Part shown: positions 63,729 to 64,000 of the stretch, one piece after another
How positions within the stretch are numbered: the first letter of the stretch is position 1
Layout of the letters: each line of letters begins with the position of its first letter
Assembly: GCA_045604925.1 (NCBI GenBank)
Contig: JAZUOZ010000016.1
Span: 15,220 to 79,219 of the forward strand
Length of the DNA stretch: 64,000 nt
Source: Candidatus Nanosyncoccus sp.
Lineage (GTDB): Bacteria > Patescibacteriota > Saccharimonadia > Saccharimonadales > Saccharimonadaceae
Reading direction: 5' to 3'
The notes under the pieces: generated by a model
Told to the model about the DNA's origin: nothing
Databases searched by the model: none
The model's input: the letters and a program-made list of their open reading frames with translations, nothing else
Made by a program: the position numbers and the translations under genes

Positions 63729-64000
63729 ATGTCAAGCACCAACAAGCTATACTCTCTAGGCCAGAGCCAGCGCTCTAGTCGTCACGTAGTGAGTTTTATA
63801 GCAAAATTTCTTTTATCTTTTTGTGGCATTGCCTCCTTTGGTGTGGTTACTATGGCAATACCAACTTCTGCCACTTCCGCCACAGGATCTGCTTCTAATA
63901 ATGTTAGTGTAGGTATATCTAGTTCTGTCGCCATCCGTCTGCTAGACTCTACCGCAACCTTCGACATCACTAGACTAGACTTTGACCTTACTCCTACCGC
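63729..64000 (+). CDS. Secreted or membrane-anchored hypothetical protein, 3'-partial
   Basis: ATG at 63729 preceded by aaaggagg. The frame stays open to the window end. It has an N-terminal basic segment and a hydrophobic helix (FIAKFLLSFCGIASFGVVTMAI). It is absent from the ORF track because no stop lies in the window. Confidence 0.6.
   Translation, partial: MSSTNKLYSLGQSQRSSRHVVSFIAKFLLSFCGIASFGVVTMAIPTSATSATGSASNNVSVGISSSVAIRLLDSTATFDITRLDFDLTPT

Overview
The window looks like a small, gene-dense bacterial chromosome segment, probably from a reduced Patescibacteria/Saccharibacteria-like genome (an inference from gene content). About 55 CDS and 3 tRNAs are supported. Housekeeping genes include valS, argS, pyrG, groES/groEL behind a CIRCE operator, dnaG, rpoD, polA, mutM, rpsT, rpsO, truB, pnp, tsaD, orn, mscL and a membrane pyrophosphatase. 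Cell-wall genes are unusually dense: an L,D-transpeptidase, two FemAB-family genes, an S11 carboxypeptidase, a VanY-like M15 peptidase, a MurE-like ligase and a degenerate Mur-ligase paralog. Accessory content sits in three visibly AT-rich patches. The first is a cassette array next to tRNA-Ser(CGA), carrying a hexapeptide-repeat protein, a radical SAM protein with a CX7CX2C motif and a compact pyroglutamyl-peptidase-like protein, separated by tRNA-Ser 3'-end copies. The second is a Fic / AbrB-RelE / XRE islet. The third is an island around tRNA-Ser(GGA) with an 18-bp att-like duplication that truncates a transporter paralog. Most notable are short hairpin repeats inserted in frame in valS (three times) and truB, resembling Rickettsia palindromic elements. 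Also notable are a recurrent TATAAT-N6-9-ATG layout implying leaderless mRNAs, a DnaG with all four zinc ligands replaced, a G9 tract in a surface-protein gene, and a 630-bp ORF-free region ending in a strong terminator. No rRNA, CRISPR array or intact transposase was seen.
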